DNA of 32,000 nucleotides from contig NZ_CP064923.1 of the NCBI RefSeq assembly GCF_018336915.1, positions 3,750,001 to 3,782,000 of the forward strand, given 5' to 3'. Below are positions 1 to 9,161 of this stretch, one piece after another. Origin of the DNA: Acaryochloris marina S15. Its GTDB lineage: Bacteria; Cyanobacteriota; Cyanobacteriia; Thermosynechococcales; Thermosynechococcaceae. The notes below the pieces were generated by a model that did not search any database, was not told the DNA's origin, and saw only the letters and a list, made by a program, of their open reading frames with translations. The translations under genes and the position numbers were made by a program. Every line of letters begins with the position of its first letter. Position 1 is the stretch's first letter.

Positions 1-1452
1 GCCCATTGACAGAACATTCTGCCAAGAGGGGGACTGTAATTCATCCGTCACCACCCAGTATCCTTCTTGCCAACTAAAACTACGCTTGAACTGAAAATCA
101 GTGCTATTTTTGCCCGTAATCAGCATTTTTTGCAGCAGTGACCGGATCAAGTTGGGAAAGAATCGGCCCACCGTCAACATGACCACTCGCAAAATCATCA
201 GATTCAGGGGCGTCATTTGTTTCTGTTTGGCCCAGCCCAAAGCCCCTTGCACCAAAATTTGGTCTTCTTGGAGGGTACTGGGGTAATCCCCAACCAAATG
301 GCCGACGGCATTTTTAACTTTGCCCCCCTCTTTTACTTGCAAAGATAGGTGCGTATCCGATGCCACCAGCTGCCCATGACGAAAGAACTTAAACACCCCA
401 CCTTTATTCAGGGCCAGATACAGCTCCGTATCCCCTCGTCGATCAATTAGAACTCGGGCTTCGGGTAACCAAAACCGTCCCTGGGGACGAGGTTTTTGCG
501 GCGGACGAGCAGGGACAAAATCCTGCCAGGCCAATAGATAGTTCCAAGTATGATGGCCGACAATATGGTCGTCGGCATAGCAAGACCCTAGGCCATTCGC
601 CAATCCAGCTAATATCCGGTCATTGATATTGAGCGCTTCCGGCCACCATTTACCCACTAGTTCAAATCCGTGGGGGAAAAAGTTGTAGGTATTCCGGCTG
701 GTATATTCTCCACCATAGGACCCGTCGGGATGGACGAACTCTGCTACCAAGGCCACTGCTTTTTTCAGCGCCGTTTGCAGTTGGTCCGTCGGATGAAGTT
801 CATAAATTCTGGCCAGACAGGAAATCGTTAAGGTGTGGTAGCCCGGATCGCAGCCTTCATATTCTTGAAACCAGCCTTCAGGATTTTGCCATTCAAATAC
901 GCGGGCTAGGCGCTCCGCCTTGGCCTGATCCCATTTAGACGTTTTCAGCAACTGAGACACTTGCTCCAGGCAAAGCACTATCAGCGCCTGGTGATTGGTC
1001 AATCGACCACTTTCATTGTGATGGGCCAGCCAGTCTGCTCGCAGTTCAAAAAAGCGCAGGGCCTCTTCATTCTGCAATCCCAATAAGGTATAGCTTTCCA
1101 CACAGGCCAACAGGGAAAAAGCGGCAGCCCCACCCGCTCGCTCAAACGGGAAATAGTCATCGCAGGAGCCATCTTTATGGGCACTGCGAGCCGCAAACAG
1201 AATTCCCGCTTCAACCCAATTGCGAATTGATTCCTGTTGATAATACTGATTGCTGGGCAGTTGATGGGCACAAACTAACGCCAGGGGCCAGACAAACTCC
1301 TGGGACATGCCGCTGGGGAAATCAATGATTTTGTATTGCCAATAGTTGCGATCAAAACAACCATAGTGGGGACTATGGGGGTTCCGATCCTGCAAGGTCA
1401 ATATCTTGGGAATCTGGGCTAAGGCAATCTGGGCAAAAAGATCTTTATTCAT
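1..1452 (-). CDS. Conserved hypothetical protein, 3'-truncated by the window edge (at least 484 aa); last gene of the minus-strand glycosylation operon
   Basis: Absent from the supplied ORF track because it has no stop inside the window. Minus-strand ATG at 1452-1450. I checked all 484 plus-strand triplets in register 1,4,7... and none is TTA/CTA/TCA, so the frame stays open to position 1. Translation starts MNKDLFAQIALAQIPKILTLQDRNPHSPHYGCFDRNYWQYKIIDFPSGMSQEF... The start overlaps the upstream GT2 stop as ATGA (1449-1452). I can name no family motif. Confidence 0.7.
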   Translation of the reverse strand, partial: MNKDLFAQIALAQIPKILTLQDRNPHSPHYGCFDRNYWQYKIIDFPSGMSQEFVWPLALVCAHQLPSNQYYQQESIRNWVEAGILFAARSAHKDGSCDDYFPFERAGGAAAFSLLACVESYTLLGLQNEEALRFFELRADWLAHHNESGRLTNHQALIVLCLEQVSQLLKTSKWDQAKAERLARVFEWQNPEGWFQEYEGCDPGYHTLTISCLARIYELHPTDQLQTALKKAVALVAEFVHPDGSYGGEYTSRNTYNFFPHGFELVGKWWPEALNINDRILAGLANGLGSCYADDHIVGHHTWNYLLAWQDFVPARPPQKPRPQGRFWLPEARVLIDRRGDTELYLALNKGGVFKFFRHGQLVASDTHLSLQVKEGGKVKNAVGHLVGDYPSTLQEDQILVQGALGWAKQKQMTPLNLMILRVVMLTVGRFFPNLIRSLLQKMLITGKNSTDFQFKRSFSWQEGYWVVTDELQSPSWQNVLSMG

Positions 1453-2405
1453 CCTTTGTTATGGGACTCCAAGTCAGCTCGGCGTTGCCGCAGCTGGATA
1501 TCTTCCAACAGTTTACGATTGACCGTTAATAAATCAGCTAACAAGCCAAACATATAGAGCTGAAAGCCAATCAAAATTAACACTGCCGAAATAATCAGAC
1601 TTGGTGCCCGAGCTCGGGTCGGATCTTGGAAATACAAAATCAACCAACGGATCCACAGGAGTAGACCGAAAACCGATGGAATACTGCCTAGAAAAGTAAA
1701 GAACTTCAAGGGCCGATAGGCCATGAAAATCCGCAGAATGGTGAGAATAGATCGCTGAATATAGGAAGCGATACTCTTGACCAAACGGGACGGTCGCAAA
1801 TAACCATTTGTGCGAATCGGCACAGAGGTAATCACCATGCCATGTTGTCCCGCTTGAATAATGGTCTCCAAGGTATAGGTATATTCATTGAACACATTCA
1901 TCCGCAGGGCAGCGTTGCGGCTAAAGGCTCGAAACCCGCTAGGCGCATCGGAGATATTTGTGCCACTGGCAATTCGCACGACCCAGCTGCCTAGTTTTTG
2001 TAGAAATTTCTTGGCCGGGGAAAAATGCTTGATTTTCTGAATGGGTCGGGCTCCGACAACGACCTCGGCTTGCCCCGCCAGGATAGGGGTAATCAATTTA
2101 GGAATATCATCCGCGCAATATTGATTGTCGGCATCGGTATTCACAATGATGTCAGCACCGGCCTTTAAACAGGCTTCAATTCCGGCCATAAAAGCTTTAG
2201 CCAAACCTTGGTTATGCTCTAGATCAACCACATGGTGCACACCGTTGGCTCGGGCGACCTCAACCGTGTTATCGATGCTGCCATCATTGATAATCAGCCA
2301 TTCCACACAATCAACACCGGGTAATTCTTTCGGCAGCTCATTGAGGGTAATGCCAAGGGTTTCTTCTTCGTTAAAACAAGGAATTTGGATGATGAGTTTT
2401 GTCAT
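1449..2405 (-). CDS. GT2 glycosyltransferase, polyprenyl-phosphate sugar synthase type (GtrB/ArnC/Ppm1-like)
   Basis: 318 aa with an ATG start. GT-A signatures: IQIPCFNEE, IINDGSIDNT, NTDADNQY (DxD). Two C-terminal TM helices (FFTFLGSIPSVFGLLLWIRWLILYF; SLIISAVLILIGFQLYMFGLLADLL), typical of lipid-carrier-charging GT2 enzymes. Confidence 0.85.
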   Translation of the reverse strand: MTKLIIQIPCFNEEETLGITLNELPKELPGVDCVEWLIINDGSIDNTVEVARANGVHHVVDLEHNQGLAKAFMAGIEACLKAGADIIVNTDADNQYCADDIPKLITPILAGQAEVVVGARPIQKIKHFSPAKKFLQKLGSWVVRIASGTNISDAPSGFRAFSRNAALRMNVFNEYTYTLETIIQAGQHGMVITSVPIRTNGYLRPSRLVKSIASYIQRSILTILRIFMAYRPLKFFTFLGSIPSVFGLLLWIRWLILYFQDPTRARAPSLIISAVLILIGFQLYMFGLLADLLTVNRKLLEDIQLRQRRADLESHNKG

Positions 2406-2479
2406 AAATCAGCTAAATATAGGCTGTGCTTGGCAATTAAACTGACTCTGTGCTTATTCTGGCATGCAGTTTGCTAAAT

Positions 2480-4414
2480 CTAGCTCCTGCTATATATTTT
2501 TATGTCTCCTTGCTCCCAGGTTTGTCGGTAACTTCGATCACCAAGCTGGAGGTCCGTTTGGTCCAGATATTCAGGTTTCACCGTCATCACCATACAGGCT
2601 TCAAAGTCTTGGTGGGGTGCCTGAGAGGCAAGCTCCGACGATGGATTATCTACCTGAAGATGCTCAAACCGAATGGGGCGGTTGGACTGCTCTCGACCTA
2701 GCTTCCAAAGGGGATATTCCCAAGTATCGCCACCAATAATCAAACCCACATCGCTGCAGGGTTGCTCGGCGATATAATCCACGGTGGCTAAAAAAGGCTT
2801 GGCCAGTTTGGGACGGCTACTAAAGTAGCGATCCGTTCTAGATTGGTTAAAGATGGTAACGACACTGCGCTCTTCAACGAATTGCGTATTGATCACTAGG
2901 GGACGCGTTTCATTGCACAGCACCCAAAAGAAGGAAATGGCTAGAAAACCCGCAGTGATTGCATTGGCAATGGGCTTTTTGAATAATTCAGAGAGGGCCA
3001 TGCCCACCCAGGGAGACAGCAATATAAAAATAGGCAGGTGAAGTCGACTGCGCCAAGGAGACCAAATTACGAGGAAGCAAAACAGCAAAAATCCCCCTAA
3101 GCAGCAGAGTAAATAGGTGGACCACAAAAGCTGTTCGCGAGTCTTCAGGCGCTTTCTAAATAGGACGAATACGACAATGCATAGGAGGATCAGTAGCAAA
3201 TGTTGGGGATTCCCCGCCAAGTCTTCATGGTTGACCAGGCTATGCATATCAAATTTTTGGCCTGGGGGAGAGGTAATACTCGGATCGCTCGGGTCTAAGC
3301 CCATGACTTGGTGGATCGCCGTCACAATCCGAATGGTGATCAGATTAATAGATCGAATTGGGGTACTCAGATGGAGGGCTAAATTTCGCAGAATATTGGA
3401 AATCAGGACGGGTAAACCATAGGAGCCGCTGTCTTGTCCCGTCGGGCCAAATAAAGAATCAAAGACTTTGAGATTGCGAGAATATTGCCCTAAGTTCATC
3501 AGTACAATAATGCCGCAGGACACTCCTAAGGGTTGCCAAACTTTCCAGCGCAGATATCGAACGCCTACGAACAACAGCCATAGGGCAAAAGGAAACCCAT
3601 ACAAATAAGCCGTTGGTTTCGTCAGGATAGCTAAGCCCAAGCTCGCTCCCAAGGCCGGAACATAGGTCCAACCAATCCGATTTTGAATCGTGACTAGGGA
3701 GAAGTAGACGAAGCATACGAGCCACAGAGAAACCACATAGTCTGTTTGCGTACTGGAAGACTGCAAAATCCCCATGGGGATGGTGGCACTGATGACGACG
3801 GCAACGAGTTGCGATCGCAACTTCCCGCCCAGCCGTTCTGTAATGAGCGATACTCCGATCAGACTGAGCACCATACTCAGCCATTGCAGCAAGTTGAGGA
3901 ATAGATCGCCTGTCAAAATAAACACTTGGACCACGGCAAAAGCAGGTCCTGGCCCAGAATATAGCTGCCTAGGGATATGAGTTGGATAATGACCCACACT
4001 TTGATTTTGAGCCCAATGAATGACCCTGCCCAGATGGTAGGTCATGGAATCCCAATTATTCGGGGGGGATAACAGAGCTGTAATTCCTGTTCCCAAGACG
4101 ATACCAATGACACCGACCAGGAGAACTTGCTGAAAGCGAGTGAAGGATTGATCGCTTGCTTCTGACTGAGGTTTGAGGCTAGCTTTGCGGGAATGGCGAA
4201 TATACCAGAAGCCCAGCCCCAGGTTGACCGCAATCCAAGCAATCAGTAACCCTTCTACTGCTAGGGCCGAGAATAAGCTCAAAAATTCGGCAATCACCGT
4301 GGCGATCACGGCCCAAGACACGGCTGACAATAGAACAGCCGTACGCCAATCCTGATCTCGACGATAAATGAGATACAGCAAGATATAGGCAGAGATCAAA
4401 AAAATGACAGGCAT
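2480..4414 (-). CDS. Polytopic membrane glycosyltransferase, GT-C fold (ArnT/PMT/GT39-like) with a C-terminal soluble domain
   Basis: 644 aa with an ATG start. The first ~500 aa contain many hydrophobic helices. An early loop reads PPNNWDSMTYHLGRVIHW (Asp plus aromatic loop, as in GT-C enzymes). The last ~130 aa are hydrophilic. It lies directly upstream of the polyprenyl-P GT2 gene on the same strand (74-bp gap). Confidence 0.7.
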   Translation of the reverse strand: MPVIFLISAYILLYLIYRRDQDWRTAVLLSAVSWAVIATVIAEFLSLFSALAVEGLLIAWIAVNLGLGFWYIRHSRKASLKPQSEASDQSFTRFQQVLLVGVIGIVLGTGITALLSPPNNWDSMTYHLGRVIHWAQNQSVGHYPTHIPRQLYSGPGPAFAVVQVFILTGDLFLNLLQWLSMVLSLIGVSLITERLGGKLRSQLVAVVISATIPMGILQSSSTQTDYVVSLWLVCFVYFSLVTIQNRIGWTYVPALGASLGLAILTKPTAYLYGFPFALWLLFVGVRYLRWKVWQPLGVSCGIIVLMNLGQYSRNLKVFDSLFGPTGQDSGSYGLPVLISNILRNLALHLSTPIRSINLITIRIVTAIHQVMGLDPSDPSITSPPGQKFDMHSLVNHEDLAGNPQHLLLILLCIVVFVLFRKRLKTREQLLWSTYLLCCLGGFLLFCFLVIWSPWRSRLHLPIFILLSPWVGMALSELFKKPIANAITAGFLAISFFWVLCNETRPLVINTQFVEERSVVTIFNQSRTDRYFSSRPKLAKPFLATVDYIAEQPCSDVGLIIGGDTWEYPLWKLGREQSNRPIRFEHLQVDNPSSELASQAPHQDFEACMVMTVKPEYLDQTDLQLGDRSYRQTWEQGDIKIYSRS

Positions 4415-4450
4415 CGAATTACGTATCTACTTTATGGGACAGATCAACGG

Positions 4451-5725
4451 TCAATCGTTGTTAGTTATTCCAGCAAAAATAGTCTGAGCAAAGTTTTCAG
4501 CGGAGTTTTGTTCTGCCCATATTCGCATCTTCTCTGGATTGTAGAAATCATTCCTGGATGCACCTATTAATTTCATCATGCCTTCACTAATTTGTTCCGG
4601 CTGAGTGGAATCTATCGACAACCCTAGCTGGTGCTGCTTCACCATGGCCCCCATTAAACCAAAGTCGGTACTGAGCACGGGCTTTTGTGTCGCCGCAGCC
4701 AGCAACAAAATACCACTCATTCCTACATGTTTTTGGTAGGTTGCCAGAATCACATCCGACATCCGAAAGTAGGACCAGACCTCTTCTTCCGAAACAAACT
4801 GATAATTCCGAATAATTTGCACCGGTTGAGAAGCCGTAATTTCGGTGATGCGCGCTTCTAGCTGTTGCTGAATCTTGGATTCACCGACCAGCACCAGGCA
4901 AAGCTGTCGCCCCCAGTCGGAAGATAACTTCTGAATCGCATCTAGGATTTGATGAATCCCTTTGCGGCCATCAATGGCCCCAAATAATAAAAATACGGTT
5001 CTCTCAGCTTCAATCCCCAAATCATCTTTTAAGGTACAAACTGCAGATGGGGGTGGGACAAACTCCACGGGATCGGGCAAATGGATAATCTCAGCTTGAC
5101 TAGGCCGCTGCTGCAAAGCCGGTACAGCCAGAGGATCCAAGCAAAATAAAGTGGCCAACCGTGAATTCCGCAAAACTTTGTTTAAGTTTAAATTCTCTCG
5201 ACCTTGATTCAATTTTTGCCGCCAGTTCAATGGGGGCTGCACACCTAGTTGACGATAGTGTAGCGTGGGTCGAAAATAAATCCCTGAGAAAGAACAGGGC
5301 GGTTTTAGCCACCATGCTATGGATAGGAAATAGGTATCCAAATACATAATCAGACCGTGGTTCACCTGTAGCTGACTCGCATAGTCACAAAACAATCTCC
5401 ATTCTTGAAGGTTGCGGAGGTTACGGTCTATTGGTTTTTTTCGCGACTTTAGAGCAGATTCTTGTGGATGGGTAATGGCAATAAACCGAATATTCGGGTT
5501 TAATTGCTGTTCTGCAAACTCAACAACATCGGCATGCTCCGTTAAGAAGCGAGGCGAAACCACAATCGAAAGAATCTGAAAGTGCGTCTGAGTATGCCAA
5601 TACCGAATGAGATGGCGAATGTAGTTAGGATGATGGCCCCGAATAGATAGATCGAAAACTAACAAATGAGGGGTAGTCTTCTCGGAGTCATGGGTTATGC
5701 CTAACGCCTGTTGGCTGCTCTGCAT
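4451..5725 (-). CDS. Glycosyltransferase, GT-B fold (GT1/GT4-like C-terminal domain)
   Basis: 424 aa with an ATG start. The C-terminal half resembles a GT1 domain (FLLFGAIDGRKGIHQILDAI ... SEEEVWSYFRMSDVILATYQKHVGMSGILLLAAATQKPVLSTDFGLMG). The N-terminal half is not recognisable. It sits 36 bp upstream of the GT-C gene. Confidence 0.55.
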   Translation of the reverse strand: MQSSQQALGITHDSEKTTPHLLVFDLSIRGHHPNYIRHLIRYWHTQTHFQILSIVVSPRFLTEHADVVEFAEQQLNPNIRFIAITHPQESALKSRKKPIDRNLRNLQEWRLFCDYASQLQVNHGLIMYLDTYFLSIAWWLKPPCSFSGIYFRPTLHYRQLGVQPPLNWRQKLNQGRENLNLNKVLRNSRLATLFCLDPLAVPALQQRPSQAEIIHLPDPVEFVPPPSAVCTLKDDLGIEAERTVFLLFGAIDGRKGIHQILDAIQKLSSDWGRQLCLVLVGESKIQQQLEARITEITASQPVQIIRNYQFVSEEEVWSYFRMSDVILATYQKHVGMSGILLLAAATQKPVLSTDFGLMGAMVKQHQLGLSIDSTQPEQISEGMMKLIGASRNDFYNPEKMRIWAEQNSAENFAQTIFAGITNND

Positions 5726-5892
5726 TGTTTTTTTATTGCGTTTAAAGTAATGAATGAATAGTAACTGCCCCTAGCCAATTTTATAAGGGGATGCAAACGC
5801 TTAAACGAACCATAAAATTTGCTAGTTGTGTGGAAGATCACATTACAGATTACAGATGTGTTTAATGATACAGGTATATCGTCTGGAGTAGC

Positions 5893-7017
5893 TTGCAAGT
5901 GTCCCATCCATCCACTACGATTTCATTCTTTCTAACCTATTTCGGCGGCGGCGGTGCCGAGCGAGTATTAATCAATCTTGCCAGTGGATTTATTAAAAAT
6001 GGATACCAAGTTGACTTTGTCCTCGGGCAAGCTTGGGGGCCCCATCTCAAAAAAATTCCCCCTGAAATAACAGTGGTTGATTTGAAGGCCTCAGGCAGTT
6101 TTGCCAGCATCAGAAAGCTAGCCCAGTATCTCAAGCAAACAGAACCCCAAGCGTTAATTTCTGGTATGCATTTTGCCAATGAAGTCGCGATTCTAGCAAA
6201 ACGACTCGTCAAGACAAATACGGTGGTCATCGCGACTGAACACAACACATTAACCCACTCGTTAAAACACAATAAGAACCGCAAGAAAAGGATCATTCCC
6301 TTCGCAATTCGCTTGTTATATCCTTGGGCGGATAGCGTCGTGACCGTATCCCAAGGAGCAACGACCTCCTTAACAGAAATCAGCAGTATATCTCCAGATA
6401 AAATTACAACGATTTATAATCCAGTCATTGCCCCTGACCTTTTTTCCAAAGCCAAGGCTGATATCGATCATCCCTGGTTCCAACCTGGAGAACCGCCGGT
6501 CATCATTGGTGTAGGCAAGCTTGAACCCCAAAAGGATTTCCCCACGTTAATCCGAGCCTTCGCTAGAGTCCGCAAGCAAATTCCCTGCCGATTGGTCATT
6601 TTGGGATGGGGACCCGACTTAGACAAGCTACAAGAATTCACGGCTGAGGTGGGTGTCCAAGAAGATGTTGATTTAATGGGTTATGTGGATAACCCCTACC
6701 CCTATATGGCTCGTGCTAAGGTATTTACCTTGTCATCTGCTTGGGAAGGACTACCCACGGTTTTAATTGAGGCGTTAGCCTTAGGTAAGCCTGTTATTTC
6801 AACGGATTGTCCCAGTGGCCCTAGGGAAATTTTACAAGGGGGTAAATATGGGGCATTGACCCCTGTTGGTGACGATACAAGTTTGGCCACAGCGATTTGT
6901 GACGTTCTGAACCAGCAGTCTCAAAGTGATGTTTCCGAATGGCTGCATCAGTTTTCAATAGAAGCTTCAACCAACCAATATCTGAATTTGATCAACACGC
7001 TTAAAACGGCTGCTTGA
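5893..7017 (+). CDS. GT4 family glycosyltransferase
   Basis: 374 aa. N-terminal FFLTYFGGGGAERV and C-terminal SSAWEGLPTVLIEALALGKPVISTDCPSGPREIL are classic GT4 (GT-B) motifs. No ATG is available; the start is TTG at 5893 or GTG at 5899, so the start is uncertain by 2 codons. Confidence 0.85.
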   Translation: MQVSHPSTTISFFLTYFGGGGAERVLINLASGFIKNGYQVDFVLGQAWGPHLKKIPPEITVVDLKASGSFASIRKLAQYLKQTEPQALISGMHFANEVAILAKRLVKTNTVVIATEHNTLTHSLKHNKNRKKRIIPFAIRLLYPWADSVVTVSQGATTSLTEISSISPDKITTIYNPVIAPDLFSKAKADIDHPWFQPGEPPVIIGVGKLEPQKDFPTLIRAFARVRKQIPCRLVILGWGPDLDKLQEFTAEVGVQEDVDLMGYVDNPYPYMARAKVFTLSSAWEGLPTVLIEALALGKPVISTDCPSGPREILQGGKYGALTPVGDDTSLATAICDVLNQQSQSDVSEWLHQFSIEASTNQYLNLINTLKTAA

Positions 7018-7055
7018 TAGTATTTATATGTTTCGTGTGGGAGTAGACTGTGATT

Positions 7056-8069
7056 ATGGAAAACTCTAAACCTATTGTTAGCGTTATCATTCCCACGTTT
7101 AATAGAGCTAACCTACTGATACCTGCCATTCAAAGCGTATTGAATCAAACTCTCGAAGATTTTGAATTGATAGTCGTCGATGATGCGTCTACGGATGACA
7201 CTCAACAAAAAATTACAGGTATTGACGACCCACGAGTGCGATACATTTTGCAGGAAAAAAATCTCGGTGAGTGCGGTACCCGAAACACAGGCTTAGGTGC
7301 AGTCCAAGGCCAATACATTGCTTTTTTGGATTCCGATGATGAATGGTTGCCCAACAAGTTAGAAAAGCAACTCAATGTGTTCCAATCTGCCCCGGATGAA
7401 GTGGGTGTGGTTTATTCATGGCTGCAGGTGATGAACGATCAGGGAAAGATCGTTCGGATGCGAAAACCTGATATTAACGGAGATGTTAAGGATTATCTGA
7501 TCTATAAGAATCTCATTGGCACACCGTCAACGGTCATGATCAAGAAAGAGTGTATTGAGTCAGATCTGCAGTTTGACACCAATCTTCGGTGTTGCGGGGA
7601 TTGGGATATGTGGTTGCAGATTTCTGAAAGCTATCAGTTTGAAGTGGTCCCTGAACCTTTAGCCCTTTATCGTGATCATGATGAAGATGAACGGGGCTCA
7701 ACCAACCATGCCATGGTAACTGAAGGGCATCTCGTCTTTGTAGATAAGCATCACCAAGGCATTGAAGAGTTTTATCGGCAGCCGAGCACGTTAGATAACA
7801 AGCATAAATCTCTATATTTGTTTGAAATCGGCAGGCGGTTGATGTGTCATGGGCATGAAATAGGTCTAGTGGATGCCATCAACACAGGCAAAAGATATCT
7901 TTACTTAGCGGTACTAGCCAATACGTTTGACGTTTATTTGTGGATGAATTATTTTGCTGCTTGCTGTGGCAGTGTCTTTTATACTTCGTTCATTCAAGTA
8001 GAGAATCGCTTTCGATCAAAACTGGGATCAATACGAAGAAAAGTGACTTTCTCATATAGTCTCCAGTAA
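7056..8069 (+). CDS. GT2 family glycosyltransferase
   Basis: VSVIIPTFNRANLL, VVDDASTDDT and FLDSDDEW (DxD) motifs. I prefer ATG 7056 (MENSKPIVSVII, GGGAG at 7038-7042) over the track's GTG at 7050. Confidence 0.85.
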   Translation: MENSKPIVSVIIPTFNRANLLIPAIQSVLNQTLEDFELIVVDDASTDDTQQKITGIDDPRVRYILQEKNLGECGTRNTGLGAVQGQYIAFLDSDDEWLPNKLEKQLNVFQSAPDEVGVVYSWLQVMNDQGKIVRMRKPDINGDVKDYLIYKNLIGTPSTVMIKKECIESDLQFDTNLRCCGDWDMWLQISESYQFEVVPEPLALYRDHDEDERGSTNHAMVTEGHLVFVDKHHQGIEEFYRQPSTLDNKHKSLYLFEIGRRLMCHGHEIGLVDAINTGKRYLYLAVLANTFDVYLWMNYFAACCGSVFYTSFIQVENRFRSKLGSIRRKVTFSYSLQ

Positions 8070-8237
8070 GTAGGTTGAGTTTTAACTTGGACTCCCAAAG
8101 CGACTATAAATGTCTTAAATCAGTGTTTTGGCTGAATCTGGAAAAGGACTCAGCACGCAGTTGCCCTTAGAATAGCGACTGACCATAGTCAGGTAGAATA
8201 TTTCAGCCCTAGTTCGAAACTGGGTTGAACTAAAATA

Positions 8238-9023
8238 ATGGTCAATTTTCAGAATCTCAAGACCTACGAGTCTAGTGGGATTGTTCAGCACTACGCTCAA
8301 CTCCAGCAGTTACAACCTGCTGAAGCAGCCATACTGACCCAACTAAAAGACCAGTTGCCCACAATGACCATGCTGGATATGGGAGTAGGGGGAGGGCGAA
8401 CCACTCAACACTTTGCCAAGCTTGCTGCAGATTACAGGGGTATCGACTATTCGTCTGGGATGATCAGTGCTTGCCAAAAACGATTTGCAAGTTCTATAGA
8501 CCCCAACTCTTTTACCGTCTGCGATGCGCGGGACATGAGTTGTTTCGCTGACAACACGTTTGATTTTATTCTGTTTAGTTTCAATGGCATTGACTATATT
8601 GAGCATTGCGATCGCATCCAGGTATTGCAGGAAATCCAGCGTGTGGGCAAGCCAGGGGGCTATTTCTGCTTTTCTACCCATAACCTTCAAGGAATGGAGC
8701 AGGTATTTAATTGGCGATCGCATCTCAGCTACAACCCCATCAACACCTATATAGAACTCGTGATTTGGGCCTTACACAGAGTCTTTAATCGCTCTTACTC
8801 CCTAAAACAGCTCCAATCCTCTATCCATGCCATGATCCGAGACGAACCCCATAATTTTCGCCTGCGCACCTATCATATTCGCCCCCAAGAACAACTCATT
8901 CAACTCGCATCAAGATTCAAAAACATCAAAGTTTACTCCTGGAACCAAGGAATTGAACTGAGTCCTAGGGACCTAGCTTCAAATACAGACATGTGGCTCT
9001 ACTATCTCTGTAACATTCAATAA
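8238..9023 (+). CDS. Class I SAM-dependent methyltransferase
   Basis: 261 aa with an ATG start. Motif I MLDMGVGGGRTT, followed by YRGIDYS and FDFILFSFNGIDY, matches the Rossmann methyltransferase pattern. Same strand as the two upstream GT genes. Confidence 0.75.
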   Translation: MVNFQNLKTYESSGIVQHYAQLQQLQPAEAAILTQLKDQLPTMTMLDMGVGGGRTTQHFAKLAADYRGIDYSSGMISACQKRFASSIDPNSFTVCDARDMSCFADNTFDFILFSFNGIDYIEHCDRIQVLQEIQRVGKPGGYFCFSTHNLQGMEQVFNWRSHLSYNPINTYIELVIWALHRVFNRSYSLKQLQSSIHAMIRDEPHNFRLRTYHIRPQEQLIQLASRFKNIKVYSWNQGIELSPRDLASNTDMWLYYLCNIQ

Positions 9024-9161
9024 CAACACGGCAAAGAAATATCTAATTCATCGCCCCATCCAATTCCTAGACCTGACTTTCTTCACAAGACCCTTGCAAT
9101 TTGTAATACCGCCTTGCAGTCGCTGTAGAATACGCAACTAATAGTTCTGCACTGATTAAAT

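Noticed and set aside
999-1271. A 90-aa minus-strand ORF, and the 61-aa plus-strand ORF at 101-286.
   Set aside because: Both lie inside the 484-codon open frame at 1-1452 (minus), in other frames or on the other strand. Their translations show no recognisable features.
2450-2739. Plus-strand ORFs of 83 and 91 aa. Other short ORFs lie antisense to long genes (for example 3117-3422, 3459-3884, 5937-6296, 8343-8723, 17429-17716, 18393-18761, 18648-19046, 21498-21749, 22864-23145, 24999-25268, 29480-30062, 31136-31789).
   Set aside because: All are fully embedded in longer ORFs that carry clear family motifs. None has a convincing ribosome-binding site or recognisable protein signature.
9101-9131. 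A sigma70-like promoter candidate for the kinase gene, TTGTAA-N19-TAGAAT. A TATATT box at 23272-23277 upstream of psbZ sits next to a TAGGCA-N8-TGCCTA dyad (23241-23260).
   Set aside because: These are hexamer matches only. The first has non-optimal 19-nt spacing and the second has no -35 element. Without TSS data they are not supportable as features.
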